DNA of 63,325 nt, the filler included, from Catajapyx aquilonaris (Eukaryota): NCBI GenBank assembly GCA_000934665.2. It is 2 parts of 2 records of this genome, joined end to end, with 100 filler letters (N's around TTAATTAATTAA, not from the genome) between each part and the next. Parts side by side here need not be neighbours in the genome. Positions count along the whole stretch, not along the records: positions 31,721 to 63,325 come from JYFJ02004509.1; 1 more part is not named here. One strand, written 5' to 3'. Positions 52,081 through 63,325 of this stretch are shown here, piece after piece. The position numbers were made by a program, and so were the translations under genes. Position 1 is the stretch's first letter. Each line of letters starts with the position of its first letter. The notes under the pieces were generated by a model. The model saw nothing but the letters and a program-made list of their open reading frames with translations, was not told the origin of the DNA and ran no database searches.

Positions 52081-52914
52081 ATTGTGTTCTTGCTGCTGGT
52101 ACCAGCCTGCTATGGGCGACCCTGAGGCACGCCCTTGACCCCAGGTCGTGCCTCAGGTCAAGAACGGCACAAATTCAGCGGAACTGGCAGCAAAGACGGG
52201 AATTGACGGGCCACGTACACGTCTCGTACAAGACACGTTCGATTTTCGACCGTGTTGTGTCACGTCGCCCTAGCTCACCTATTCAGGAAAGTGATAACTG
52301 ACCGCACCCTTCGAACAAGTTGGGGGGCTTGAGTGACGTCATGACGATGTGGCCAGAAGCATGGAACAATATCTCTTCCAGAATTAACGGATGGATTTTA
52401 ATTGAAGATGATACATTAATTTATAGACCATTGGAGTACTATGCAATGAAAGTGCTTATGACAATTTTTTTAAATAAATAGTAAATTCGAATTCTTTCAT
52501 TTTTCTTCATCTGGCAAGCCGGGGCCAGAAGATAGAACTCATTCTGATTGGCTCGCGAGGAGTTTAAAGTTCGTCCCATTGGCTTGAGTGAGAGTGGGCG
52601 GGGTTCGAAGTTAGATGTCCGACGACAATAGAATGATACAGTGAAACCTGTAGCCTACATCAGTTTACTAGACCCCGGAACATTGTTGTTCATTTAAGTA
52701 GTGGAGTAGCATTCATGCATTCCATTACACCAGGGAACAAAATCGAACTTTTTTTGGCCCACGTACATGAATGTACGATTTCTATTGTATTTTTTTGCGC
52801 TGATTTCAAGTATGTTAACGCAAATTTTCCATCACCCACAGTTTTTGAGTAATCAGGATTTTATGGTAGCCATGAACTTCCTTCAATGTACAGTAGCCTA
52901 ATTATATGTAGCAC

Positions 52915-53130
52915 GGGCGACACGGTGGCGGAGTCGTCAGCGCCACAGCCTTCCACCTCTACGGTCCCGAGTACGATCCCCGGGTCGGATGGAGGATACT
53001 TATGTGGATAGAGTTTCGATGGGTTCTCTCCGTGTTTGCGTGGGTTTTCTCGGGGTTCTCCCGTTTCCTCCCACAATCAAAATGCACCACAGCGCAGGAA
53101 ATGATTAAAGATGGTTCACGAAAAGATGAT
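52915..53130 (+). mobile_element. SINE B copy in the CFAP20-like intron, truncated by a fold-back element
   Basis: Collinear with 19048-19268. Confidence 0.85.
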
Positions 53131-53621
53131 CCCACCAAAAACCTTTCAGTAAAAAAAGGCCAAGTTCTCCTGACTGCTTGGCCGTAAAAAGTGGTGAGAT
53201 CTTAAATACGGCCAAGTTCAACGTCGTTGTCAATTACTGGCATTCTCAAATTCTTCAACCTAAACCACTAACTTTGTTTTTCCAGGTCGACCTTAAGTTT
53301 AATCATCAAAAAATTTTAATGGAATTTCTCTTGCTGTAACTTGGCCATTGCTCTTAAAACATTGAAACAGTTGTAGAATTCAACAATACCTCGGACATGA
53401 GCAATGGCCAAGTTACAGCAAGAGAAATTCCATTAAAATTTTTTGATGATTAAACTTAAGGTCGACCTGGAAAAACAAAGTTAGTGGTTTAGGTTGAAGA
53501 ATTTGAGAATGCCAGTAATTGACTACGACATTGAACTTGGCCGTTTTTCAGATCTCACCACTTTTGACGGCCAAGCAGTCAGGAGAACTTGGCCTTTTTT
53601 ACAGAAAGGTTTTTGGTGGGA
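53130..53621. repeat. Fold-back element with arms of about 225 bp in CFAP20-like intron 2
   Basis: TCCCACCAAAAACCTTTC ... GAAAGGTTTTTGGTGGGA; near-perfect arms. Confidence 0.9.
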
Positions 53622-53690
53622 TTTAATCTTCCCGAATGATATACTGTCGAGTGTGTAAAACCACTACTGAGTCAAATCTACTCTCCCCAG

Positions 53691-54002
53691 GTTAGGGATG
53701 ACAGAAACTGTCGCCGTCGATTCCAGGCTTCCACACAATATAAGAGTAGCTGCGTGAAGCCGTTCATCTGCCACCAACCCCTCGACCTTGACCTCAACAA
53801 CTGGTGCAGGATTGAGTTCGACCTCGCGGACATGACCCGGGTTGCCTACGATACCAGTTACATTGAGACCGTACGAGTTAAAATATATCCCAACTGTCGC
53901 ATCAGGAGGGTGTTTTTCTCCGACAGGGTGTACTCCGTGGACGAGTGGCCTGCAGCTTACAATCTCTACCAGTACTACGTCCAGGGAAAAACCCGAAAAT
54001 AG
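53691..54002 (+). CDS. CFAP20: CFAP20-like exon 3 (VRDDRNCRRRFQAS...VKPFIC...NCRIRRVFFSDRVYS...*)
   Basis: Canonical CFAP20 C-terminal motifs; ctctccccag acceptor; TAG at 54000-54002. Confidence 0.92.
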   Translation, partial: VRDDRNCRRRFQASTQYKSSCVKPFICHQPLDLDLNNWCRIEFDLADMTRVAYDTSYIETVRVKIYPNCRIRRVFFSDRVYSVDEWPAAYNLYQYYVQGKTRK

Positions 54003-54025
54003 CAGACAAAGTGCAGCACTCCCGT

Positions 54026-57000
54026 TGGATGGTAAAACCCTATGTTTGAGTTTTCAGCAACTTTTCAGGAAAAAATATTTTCATACAAACCCTTCCCGTT
54101 CGGTTCCTATAACAGTTGTAACGAGTGTGATAAGTGTCATGGGGTACTTTTTAATGCTGAATCCAATCATTTGGACGAAATCTCGCTGAAAGCAGTAGTT
54201 TGACCTCCGTGGAGTATATATTGTTTTACCATCTTGCTTATTGAACTCACATTTTGGTAAAACACCATATATACCATTTGTTCTGTTTTACCATCGTGCA
54301 TTTCAGTTAACTTAATATGCCGGAACATGTCAAACTGCACAATACACATCGTATAATTACCTGTAATCCTGCTTTACACTTTCGCATCACTTACAGCACG
54401 TCTAGGGATGTACTGGAGGAATAATAATCACCATGAAGCAATAAATAACAAGCCGTGTTAAGGTTTGAAGAGTCTGGACATTGCAGCCATTTTATTTCTG
54501 TATAATTTATACACCCCCTCACAAAGGCCAAGACTGACGTATGAATATTGTGATCATTGCCAGTTCGTTTATTCGCAATGATTCCCCAGGTCAGTGATCT
54601 CCTCGCTTTCAGGAAGAGACATCCAAAACTGCCTCCTGGTTTCAGGCATATTCTGGCAAAGTTTTTGAACTATTTTGTTCTTCTTGGCAGCGTTGATGCC
54701 TCTAGGAATATTCTTTGTTGTGGATGGAAAGCAAGGGCGACGGTTCTTCTTCATGGCATCAACGCGAGTAAGGACACTATAGTCCTTGTCGTGAAAGCTG
54801 GTTTTGTACCTCAATGAGAATGAATGTCGCTGAAAGGTGATTTCGCACATAGACGACAATAAAAGTGGCATAGCGTCGTTCTTTCCTTTTCTAACTCTGA
54901 ATGTACTTTCAAAATTGTACATCTCTTTGGCCGTGAGCATGACAGCACTGCAACCTACTGCAGACTCCTTGCACACATTGCAGAAGACAGTCACGTCGTA
55001 CACATTACGGACGCTGCGTAGTTTTTGCTATATCTTTCCATGAATCCCATCTGCAGCCATGTAGGTGTTGCCTGGTACGAGGTAACGCAATGAGATTTCA
55101 TTGGCTGCTATTCTGCTGCTGTTGACTGCTGCCATCAAAGCTGTAAAAAGGACGTAATTCTTGTTCTGGGCTGAGCAATTATCCAGCCATATGATGATCT
55201 TCTCCTTGTCACGAACAGTGTCCAGGAATCTTATGAAAGCGCTGGCAATGTCCGTTGCACTCCTCCCTGCTTCAGCTTCATGCCAATTAAACAACACACA
55301 AGTGCTGCTTACTACTTGGGGCTGAATTTTTTGACATATTAGCAAAAGTCTCGTTAAATACTACCAGGCGAGACGTAAAAAATGATGATTTCACATCAGG
55401 CATCCTCGGTAAAAGCACTACTTTCTGCAAGTCAGCTGCGTACACACAAATCTTGGGAAGGTTAATGGCCGAGTCGGAATCATACTGGGCTCGGGCTTCA
55501 GACACCTGCAGCATGTGAATCCTCTTGTTTTCTTCGCTACCTGGATTCATTTCATAGGACATACATTCCTCACACTTGTCTACGTTCGGAATGTTGAAGT
55601 AAATGTTCATGTCACGAAGCGTTCTCCTATATATATATCAACACCACACGGGCTGTTCGCGTGCTTTTCAAGATAGTCCTTACGCATTCTTGCAGCAGAT
55701 ATGTCTGAAGGAAGGAATCGTCTGTTTGGAGTGTGCGCCCTTTTGTAGTGGCACACTTGAGTGTTGTATGTCATGATATGCTTTTTAATGACAGTACGGT
55801 CTACCTTACTTGCAGGAGTTTTCTTGCCACGTTTGTCGGCTTCCGGTGAGATGGATTCAGTTTCCATAGTTTTAAAGGCCTCTACTATGATGCTGCTTGA
55901 AGTGAAGCCCAAAGTCTTGAAAAAAAAATCCATACAGACACGCCTCCTTACGCCTCCCACTGGCAAGAAACACTTCCTGGATTTGTTGCGGCGTTGTGGA
56001 TAACCACCACACCTGAAAATTAAAACCAGCTTGATGAAGATGTAGCCTGTGTGAAACACATGATTGAACTACACTCCTTTTTGAAATTTGCAATGGCAGT
56101 GGCAAACTAATATAATAATTCAGCCTGACCTGTTCCCTTCCTGACTGCATCTATTTGTATAATCGAGCTAACAAGCCATCTTTTCCTGGCATTGTAGTCC
56201 ATGCTCCAGAATTGCGAGTGCATATTTTGTCGGGTTTCCTCAGAGATAAAATCAGAACATTTGAAGTTGCACTTGGTCTGTGCTAGTGGAAGCAAGGGGT
56301 GCTTCTCTTTCGCATGCTGAATTTTTTGCTCCGGTGTACGGTAGCGTTTGTATTTCTTTTTCCCTGAGACTACCACCTCCTGCACCAACATCTGATTGCA
56401 AAGATTAGGATCATCTGTGACAGGTACTTGGTTTTCAGCTACTGTTGGCACTTCACAGTGTTGGGCCTCTACTTGCTCATGAATTCCAGGTATCACCACA
56501 TAATTTTCCATGTCTTTGGCCGGGTCTTCCGGTCCTCCAACAGCTTGATCATGGACATTTTGGGGCAGATCTACGGTAGAAATTATCGGTCATGCAAAAG
56601 AGGCAGTAAACGCAAAGTGAATATAAATAATTACCTTGCGCCGGTCCCCCTTCGGCATATTCTGCTTGCTGATTGTCACTATTATTCTTCCTGTCAGATC
56701 TTTGTCGCTTCCGCTTCCTGCTAGTCCTTGCACCAACTACAAGACGATACAGTGAATCCGAGGATGATGATGAGTTACTGTCATCATTTTTGGTCCCTTT
56801 TCCACTCAGGGTCACCCCCCGAGCTGTCTGATGGATCACTTGGCTCTACTTCGTCTTCCATTCTGTTAGTAAGAAATCACAGTATCACCTGTAAAACATA
56901 CTGTACGTTTTTGTTACCAGCGTGGGCTCTAATTACGCCTGCATCTAGGACGCCATCTTGATCAGCTGGCACCATAATCTGAGGGTTCTGATTGGCTATT

Positions 57001-57068
57001 GCATATAATAGTGTTTTACCGTCTGCCAGGCATGCATTTCTTTTCATATATAGTGTTCTAACATCTGA
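54026..57068 (-). mobile_element. Decayed DNA transposon with a DDD-type transposase pseudogene (Sola-like; about 56511-54569)
   Basis: ADLQKV, WLDNCSAQNKN, PGNTYMAADGIHGKI and DKCEEC motifs split over 5 ORFs by frameshifts and a TAG at 55028. Repeated GTTTTACCATC-like motifs near both ends. Boundaries are approximate. Confidence 0.8.
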
Positions 57069-57614
57069 TTATCTCAGATTCTACTGGGAGGAGCAGTACG
57101 GTGAAACCACGGTGAAACCACGGTCAAGTTGCACACATCATCTCATTTTTTATTTTTTTTTGGCGCAGCTATAGGACATATTTTTATACCGTATTTGTTT
57201 TCCTATACCGCCATTGCCTTTAACTGGGCTCCGCCGCCAAGCAGTGTGCCTATTAGCGACATACCGCTTTAAAAAAAAGTTTATCATGCAAGTTTGTATT
57301 TGCATGGTCTCTCGACCAATAAAATCATTCATAACAGTAGTCTTTCGACTTTCTTTCTACAGGGTGTCCACAATGAACCTCCCTAGTTTCAACTTGCTAC
57401 TGCTACGTCCTACGTAAGTTACTGGATCAAGGTGTCTAAATTGTACAAATGAGAAGGGACACTCATCAAGTTTATGTAAAAAAATTAACGTGTAGCCTAC
57501 TCCTTTACAATCAAACACAATAATATTTTAAGAAGAAAATGTCCCTTCCCCGAGGTTCTCTCCATCATGTCAGGGGTGATGGAGGGCACTTCATTATTTC
57601 GGCTGACCACTTAA

Positions 57615-57887
57615 CCCTGGAACCGTGACGTGCCTGAAAGTTATGGAAACCGTGACGTGAGGTCTTATAGGACCCCATCCATATTTTAATTTTTATTGAT
57701 TTTTATACTGTATAATACTTTTCAATTTTTGAACAATGCCTAAAATGATCGCTAATTAAAAATAAACATGCACGTCCTGTTACATACTTTTTTAAATGGC
57801 AAAAGATCATTGCAATTATCATGTTAATGCATTTTAATTTCTTTGGGGTCTTAAAAGTCCACACGTCAAGGTTCCAGCCTTCCAGGG
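57615..57887. mobile_element. piggyBac-like MITE
   Basis: TTAA|CCCTGGAA ... TTCCAGGG|TTAA. Confidence 0.75.
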
Positions 57888-58382
57888 TTAAGTTGCATAC
57901 TCTCTGTTTGGAGTTGTAGAAAGGCGAAATATCCAGCATGTCCAGCACTTCTGTGGCTAACCACCACACAACTTGCGTTTTCCCACTGCATATGCACTGC
58001 AGTGGTACTCCCAGGTACTCCTTAGGTGTACTTTACTCTTTGGTACGCCTTGAATTTGGTACTCCAGTGTGTACACTTTACAGTCGAATGGTTAACCCCT
58101 TGGTAGTACTGTACCTGTTTTATGGCAGATGTAAATAAAAATCTTCAAAACAAATATTTAAATGATTGATAAAACTTTTAAGATAGGAAGATACAGTACG
58201 TAACTGACTCACTGGCGTAATTTGCCTGGAACGCGGTACACAAGGAGAAATCGAGACACAAATGAATAAATGGGCCACACAAACGTCTCTATACAGTAAC
58301 TATACCAATCCTGTGTGGTGGTGGTTAATTTTCAGAATACTCTAATCTAATAGCAATCATTCACGCATATAGGGAAGTTTTA

Positions 58383-58652
58383 TTAATCACTACCACTTAC
58401 ATCTTGATGGGCGTTACAAGGTTGTAATAATAGTTCAGAATTTTGCCCAAGTAAGGCACCATTTGATGGCTCAGATTTAGGTTTGGAAACTTTGCCGTAA
58501 ATATATGGCTTCTTCCTCATGAGGACAAATCCAGTTATAATGAAGAGAACTCCAGCAATTTGTCCAATGCAACAGAGTATGCTCACTAAAGTCTTTGGTA
58601 AGATATATGCGAGTCGAACTAGGCGAGCGTAGTCGTCAGGGATGTCGCCTTG
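58383..58652 (-). CDS. CD36-family gene 2, last coding exon (TM helix and tail)
   Basis: ccag acceptor; ILCCIGQIAGVLFIITGFVLM TM segment; TAA at 58383-58385. Confidence 0.82.
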   Translation of the reverse strand, partial: QGDIPDDYARLVRLAYILPKTLVSILCCIGQIAGVLFIITGFVLMRKKPYIYGKVSKPKSEPSNGALLGQNSELLLQPCNAHQDVSGSD

Positions 58653-58773
58653 CTGGAATTAAATATCCGACATTAATTTAAGTAGGTATATGCCTCGGGT
58701 AATCAGGTGCACACTGTGTCATGTAATCAAACTCAATCATCAGATCTGATAACGTATATCCTTATGGAATATA

Positions 58774-59197
58774 CAGGGTGTATCTGAACTCAGTCCCCCG
58801 ACGTATATGACTGCCTTCCTAGCCACCAGAGGATCGATTTAAGTATAGGAGTCATATGTCTGGGCAGCCTCATTACGGAGATAATTGGCCGCAAACATGT
58901 AGTACAAAATATCCTGTCGGTTAGGCCACCCATCGAACCCTCCCCCAGTCAGAAGGCTCTGGAAGGTCTGGGGGCGGGACTTTGTTGGTTTGTTGCCCAC
59001 AGGTGGTAAGGCCTCTTTGGCTAGTTACACCAGAAAATTTTATTTAAAAGTCAGAAGGAGCGATTAGGCAAAAATCGCTAAAGAGTGTATCTCAGTAATG
59101 AGGCTGCCCAGACATATGACTCCTATACTTAAATCGATCCTCTGGTGGCTAGGAAGGCAGTCATATACGTCGGGGCACTGAGTTCAGATACACCCTG
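58774..59197. mobile_element. Tc1/mariner-type MITE in a CD36 gene 2 intron
   Basis: Near-perfect TIRs of about 100 bp starting CAGGGTGTATCTGAACTCAGT; TA flanks. Confidence 0.88.
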
Positions 59198-59302
59198 TAT
59201 TATGGGAAGTTACTAGCAATTGTAATTAGGTGCACACTTGATGGCAGGTGAGTGGTAAACCCCTTTTATGTACCGGTATGTATAAATGTGCAGGATAACA
59301 TA

Positions 59303-59729
59303 CAGGGTGTTTCACTATAGGTAGTCCCTCCAATGAATCGATTATACTTTTCTTCTTACGCTACCTAGAAACATTATGTTGGTTTAAAAGTTACCTTAGT
59401 TCATGGGAATCCCGTTTCCACATGTCAAAAGAGCCGCGAATGGGGATATTTGAAAAGTTGTGCTTACAACAACGACGTCAGAAGACTTGGAAGCAACATC
59501 AGTGCAGCAATCCTTACTCTTAATGTCGATATACTGCGGAGGATCTTCAATAATAAGGAGCATCGCGTCGAGTCACGTTCGAGTGCGTATAGAGGTCGCT
59601 GAATGTCAATTACAGCATTTATTGCGAATGGTGCCACAATCCCATGAACTAAGGTAACCGTTAAACCAAACATCACGTTTCTTAGGTAGAGTAGGAAGAA
59701 AAATATAGTCAAATCTTTGAAACACCCTG
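59303..59729. mobile_element. Tc1/mariner-type MITE, same family as 46398
   Basis: TA|CAGGGTGTTTCA ... TGAAACACCCTG|TA; shares internal sequence with 46398-46988. Confidence 0.8.
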
Positions 59730-59748
59730 TATAATGAACCATACTCAC

Positions 59749-59874
59749 GGCTTTCACCCATAAAATAGGAAAAACCACTTTAGGAACGTGCAGAAATTCT
59801 TCTAAGGACTGGTACGGCCTTAAAGCCACGTTCAGTTGACCAGCTGTAATTATCCGGATGGGAATACCCATATC
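59749..59874 (-). CDS. CD36-family gene 2, penultimate exon
   Basis: DMGIPIRIITAGQLNV...VVFPILWVKA; 126 nt, as in gene 1 exon 7. Confidence 0.9.
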
Positions 59875-60158
59875 CTGAAATATAGACAATACGGTTGTAA
59901 ACACTGTTCTTATGTATTGCTTGCATAAAATGTCAATTACGATAAGTTTCTTTCATACTTTGCCGATGTATGGTCAGCTTTAGAATAATGCTCAAGGTAA
60001 AGCAAAGTACCGTACTGCATAAAATCATGTCATCAACAATCATGTCCATCATGTAAATCAACAAAAAAACCAAATTGATAATTATATAGGGCTGTGTTAA
60101 TAATTAATGTCTGGAACAATTTGTCGCAGTCAGTGCATGCTTAACGTACAGTACGTAC

Positions 60159-60459
60159 AGGTTCAAGATCAGTGTACGATCCGTGTTTTGCAGCATCCGG
60201 CTGTAAACCGTCGACATCTTGAAGCAAGGACTTGTCGGCTTGGTAAAAGTGAGGATTTGACGTCAATAAATGCACATCAGTGCAGGGATAGTTGTCAAAT
60301 AAACCAGATAAAGGGCAGTTGTCTGAAGAAGATTCCATGCAAAAACATGCGTTGTCCGGGTTCTCCCTGGGACCCGCTAAGTTGTTATAAGATGAAATAA
60401 ATCTATTAACTGAAAAGCCGTTGGAAATCGTATGCTCCTTGTAATCAAGGGAGAAAGAT
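60159..60459 (-). CDS. CD36-family gene 2, next exon
   Basis: NPDNACFC...CPLSGLFD...SNPHFYQAD...DLEP. Confidence 0.92.
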
Positions 60460-60565
60460 CTGTAACATGATGAAGATTATTAATGAAAAATGCGTGTTAA
60501 ACAGCTGGTATAGCACTCGGTAACAAGATTGTAGGCCTACTAGTAGGCTAGGTTAAATGCCTCAC

Positions 60566-60777
60566 CTGCAGGATTCTTTTGAAAAGACGTACAGTTTCTT
60601 CGTCCTACGGACAAACGGAGGGAATATGGTTCCATCGGTTCCATTGATCATTTCACAATATTTGTCAGTCCACATGGACATAGCCTCTGCTCCACCGTAT
60701 GATGTAATTTTCCCAAGGTGTAGGATGTTATCTTTTCCAGTTTTCATAATGTACGGACCATATTTCGTCCCATTTTT
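60566..60777 (-). CDS. CD36-family gene 2 (5' exons not found in the window), exon equivalent to gene 1 exon 5
   Basis: KNGTKYGPY...CEMINGTDGTIFPPF...FSKESCR. Confidence 0.92.
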
Positions 60778-63325
60778 CTGAAATATTAATCATGATAATG
60801 ATGATAACTTGGGTAATGCCATATTAATTAAGATGTCAGCCACATTTCCATATGGGATGTAGCAGATTGACCAAAGTTAGTACAGGTTGAGAATTGAACC
60901 AAAGCTCGCGACCCCCAGATTGTAAACCACAGTGGCCTACAGCATTGGGAGTGGTGTCAATATTTTCCTCGCGTTTTCTACGTGTGCAATACACTTTTGT
61001 TGGTTTTTTTGGGAAAAAGCGCCCAGAGACTTTGTAAAACGTAAAAAACGCAAATTAAAAAACTCAGACCACGGCAGTTCCATGGCACCCCCAATTCCGC
61101 CTTTCAGGGCGCTACCTGCTTGGTCGCGACTGGCTTATTACTTCTGCACCTTACCGTCAGATGTCGCTTCGATGCTGCTGCCTCTCCCCCGTCCACTTTG
61201 CCTTTTGGCAACCGACTACCTAGGCTACGTTTCTTAATAGAGGTTATACATTAATCATGGAGGTAGTTTTATTTGATTTTTTCCCTGATTTTGTATGTGT
61301 ACGGATACAAGCAATGATGCTAGTCATGATACACTGACATGGAATTTTCCATTTGTGGCTCTTCATATGAGCACTCAAAATGTTTTCAAATTTTGGAATT
61401 TCGGAAAATAGATTCTCAACTTGTAGTTGAAAAAAATGAAAGAGTTGCAAATGACGCGTTCTTTGACTTTCACCGCCCTTGCCTGTACGCACGCATAATC
61501 CAAGAGATTGTCCTTCGATCAGCCTAAAGCTGCCGCACATGAGAAGGATCGACTAATGCCACTAGCGTAGTTCTGCAACTCCAACACTTCCATCAGAAAT
61601 CCCAATATTAGTACAGCTCCACTACAAAATATATTTACAGTCCCTTCCGGAAGAAAGGATGAAACTTGGCATGCACGTAGCTTTCATGTGTACGCTTCAA
61701 TTTGGATGTGGGAACACGTTGAGAAATCAGTGTTTCCCGCCAAATTTTTCGAAATTCAAAATGGCGGCTATAATAAGCGTAACTTTGCTGCAGACATAAT
61801 CAGTTGACACTGCGAGGTAATATAGGTGTCCACATATATGTTTTAGAGTACTAGGAATCCATTTCAATTATCAGATTTGGCATACAATTACAAAATGGAT
61901 GCCGAAAACCAAGATGGCCGACGGTTTCACCTTAGATTAATAAAACAAAACAGTCTTTGAAGTACAAATATTTAATGCTACAGGAATGTTACAACTGGAT
62001 TACATCATACATAACTATACAAAGTGTATATTTCTACGCCACTATATTAACCTTTGACGACTATGGACATCATATGATGTCCTGAGATTTGCCCTGACAT
62101 CTTGGGACATTTTTCAACTCGTAAAATTCCAACCTCACCGATTTTCTTGAAATTAGGTGCATTGGTAGCCCACCCCAAGGCATGAAAAACGCATCTATAG
62201 TGACCTAATCAAAATGACCCCGTGACCCATATTGGAGGGGGGCAGAGGTCAAAATCAAACCTCACCGATTCTCTTGATATTCGGTGCATTGGTAGCACAC
62301 TCCAAGGTATGAATAACGCACTTATATATATTATACTAGTCACCCAAGGCTCCCCATATAAGGATACACGTAGTACCCGCTTTACGCCGGTAATTGGCTT
62401 CCGCAAAACGCGGCGTAAAATGAAAAGGGGGAAAACGAGGCAAAATTATAGTGGAAGTAAATGAGATATGGTAGATTCCAAGATTTCCAAAAATTTCCCT
62501 GATACAGCATTAAATTGCAGTTTTTAATTCCGACTATATATCAAACATTTATAATGCGCGTTTTAATGGGAGGTTGCAGGTTAAGGGTCATCTGGTTCTG
62601 AGGCCTATTTTCCCTCCTTTTGGCAAGCACTGCAGTAGACGCCGTAGACGTAGGGTGTTTAACAGACTTCGGAGGGTTACAATGAGACCAACAATACAGT
62701 ACTGTATTTATCGATAGAACCCACCACAAGGCACCACGAAAGACAAAAAAATAGCATTATTTTATGGTGGTGCATTTGGACTCAAAAGTGTTGAAGTGTT
62801 GTGCTTTTGTTCAGATTGTGTTGTTATTGTCATATTTGTCCCAAATTTTCAATTTAAAAATTTTATAATGTCATTTTCAAACCGGCGTTAACGTAAAACG
62901 GCGTAAAATGGAGCGGTGTAAAACAGGTACCTACTGTGTTTGATAATTGGACGGTGTTATGCAATAATGCGTCAACCCACGCGAGACCAGTTTTGAGAAA
63001 AAGGGCTTTGCAGGTCATACCTGTGAAATTAATTCAGTGTTCTTTTCGGTCATTTGTGGCAGAAGTATAATTATGCAGATTTCACCAGCGTGATTTTAAC
63101 TGAATTAAGTAGGATTCTTTAGGCCAGAGGTTCTTAGCCTGGGGTGCCCACACCTCCAGGGGGTGCGAGGTGGCTTCCCTGGGGGTGCGAGCAAGGTGCA
63201 CCTCTGGACTTAATCAAACCAAGAGCTAATAACTGGCCTAACTATGAACGTAATCAATCACCCCTCGTATAGGGGGTGCGACAAGGACCAATATATTGTC
63301 TACAAAGGGGTGCGGAGGCCCGAAA

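Noticed and set aside
60778..63325. Search for the next upstream exon of CD36 gene 2
   Set aside because: No frame with the expected CD36 motifs (for example FGxF) was found; the region looks like TE-rich intron, so the exon is presumably outside the window.

Overview
Eukaryotic genomic DNA with spliceosomal GT-AG introns and many repeats. The SINE/MITE/Helitron repertoire suggests an insect or other arthropod (inference). Two contigs are joined by an artificial N-linker at 31621-31720. The left contig carries an SRSF7/9G8 (x16)-type SR splicing factor on + (RRM, CCHC zinc knuckle, RS domain; about 249 aa; 2738-15287) facing a complete 5-exon ANAPC4 gene on - (about 787 aa; 31368-24182). The right contig carries a 9-exon CD36/SR-B scavenger receptor on + (about 509 aa), a strongly diverged 3-exon CFAP20/Bug22 homologue on +, a decayed Sola-like DNA transposon on -, and the last 4 exons of a second CD36-family gene on -. 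Introns and intergenic DNA are packed with MITEs, long fold-back hairpins, tRNA-derived SINEs, a 5'-truncated LINE and a Helitron-like element with nested insertions. The best leads are: (1) two candidate stop-containing 'poison' exons in the SR-gene intron that share CUAC/GAGA motif clusters, suggesting an autoregulatory AS-NMD circuit; (2) the divergent CFAP20 copy; (3) multi-level TE nesting, with different SINE families sharing one 3' tail. All exon models were derived by eye from splice signals and phase continuity; no database search was run. I found no prokaryote-type system (no CRISPR array, no operon).
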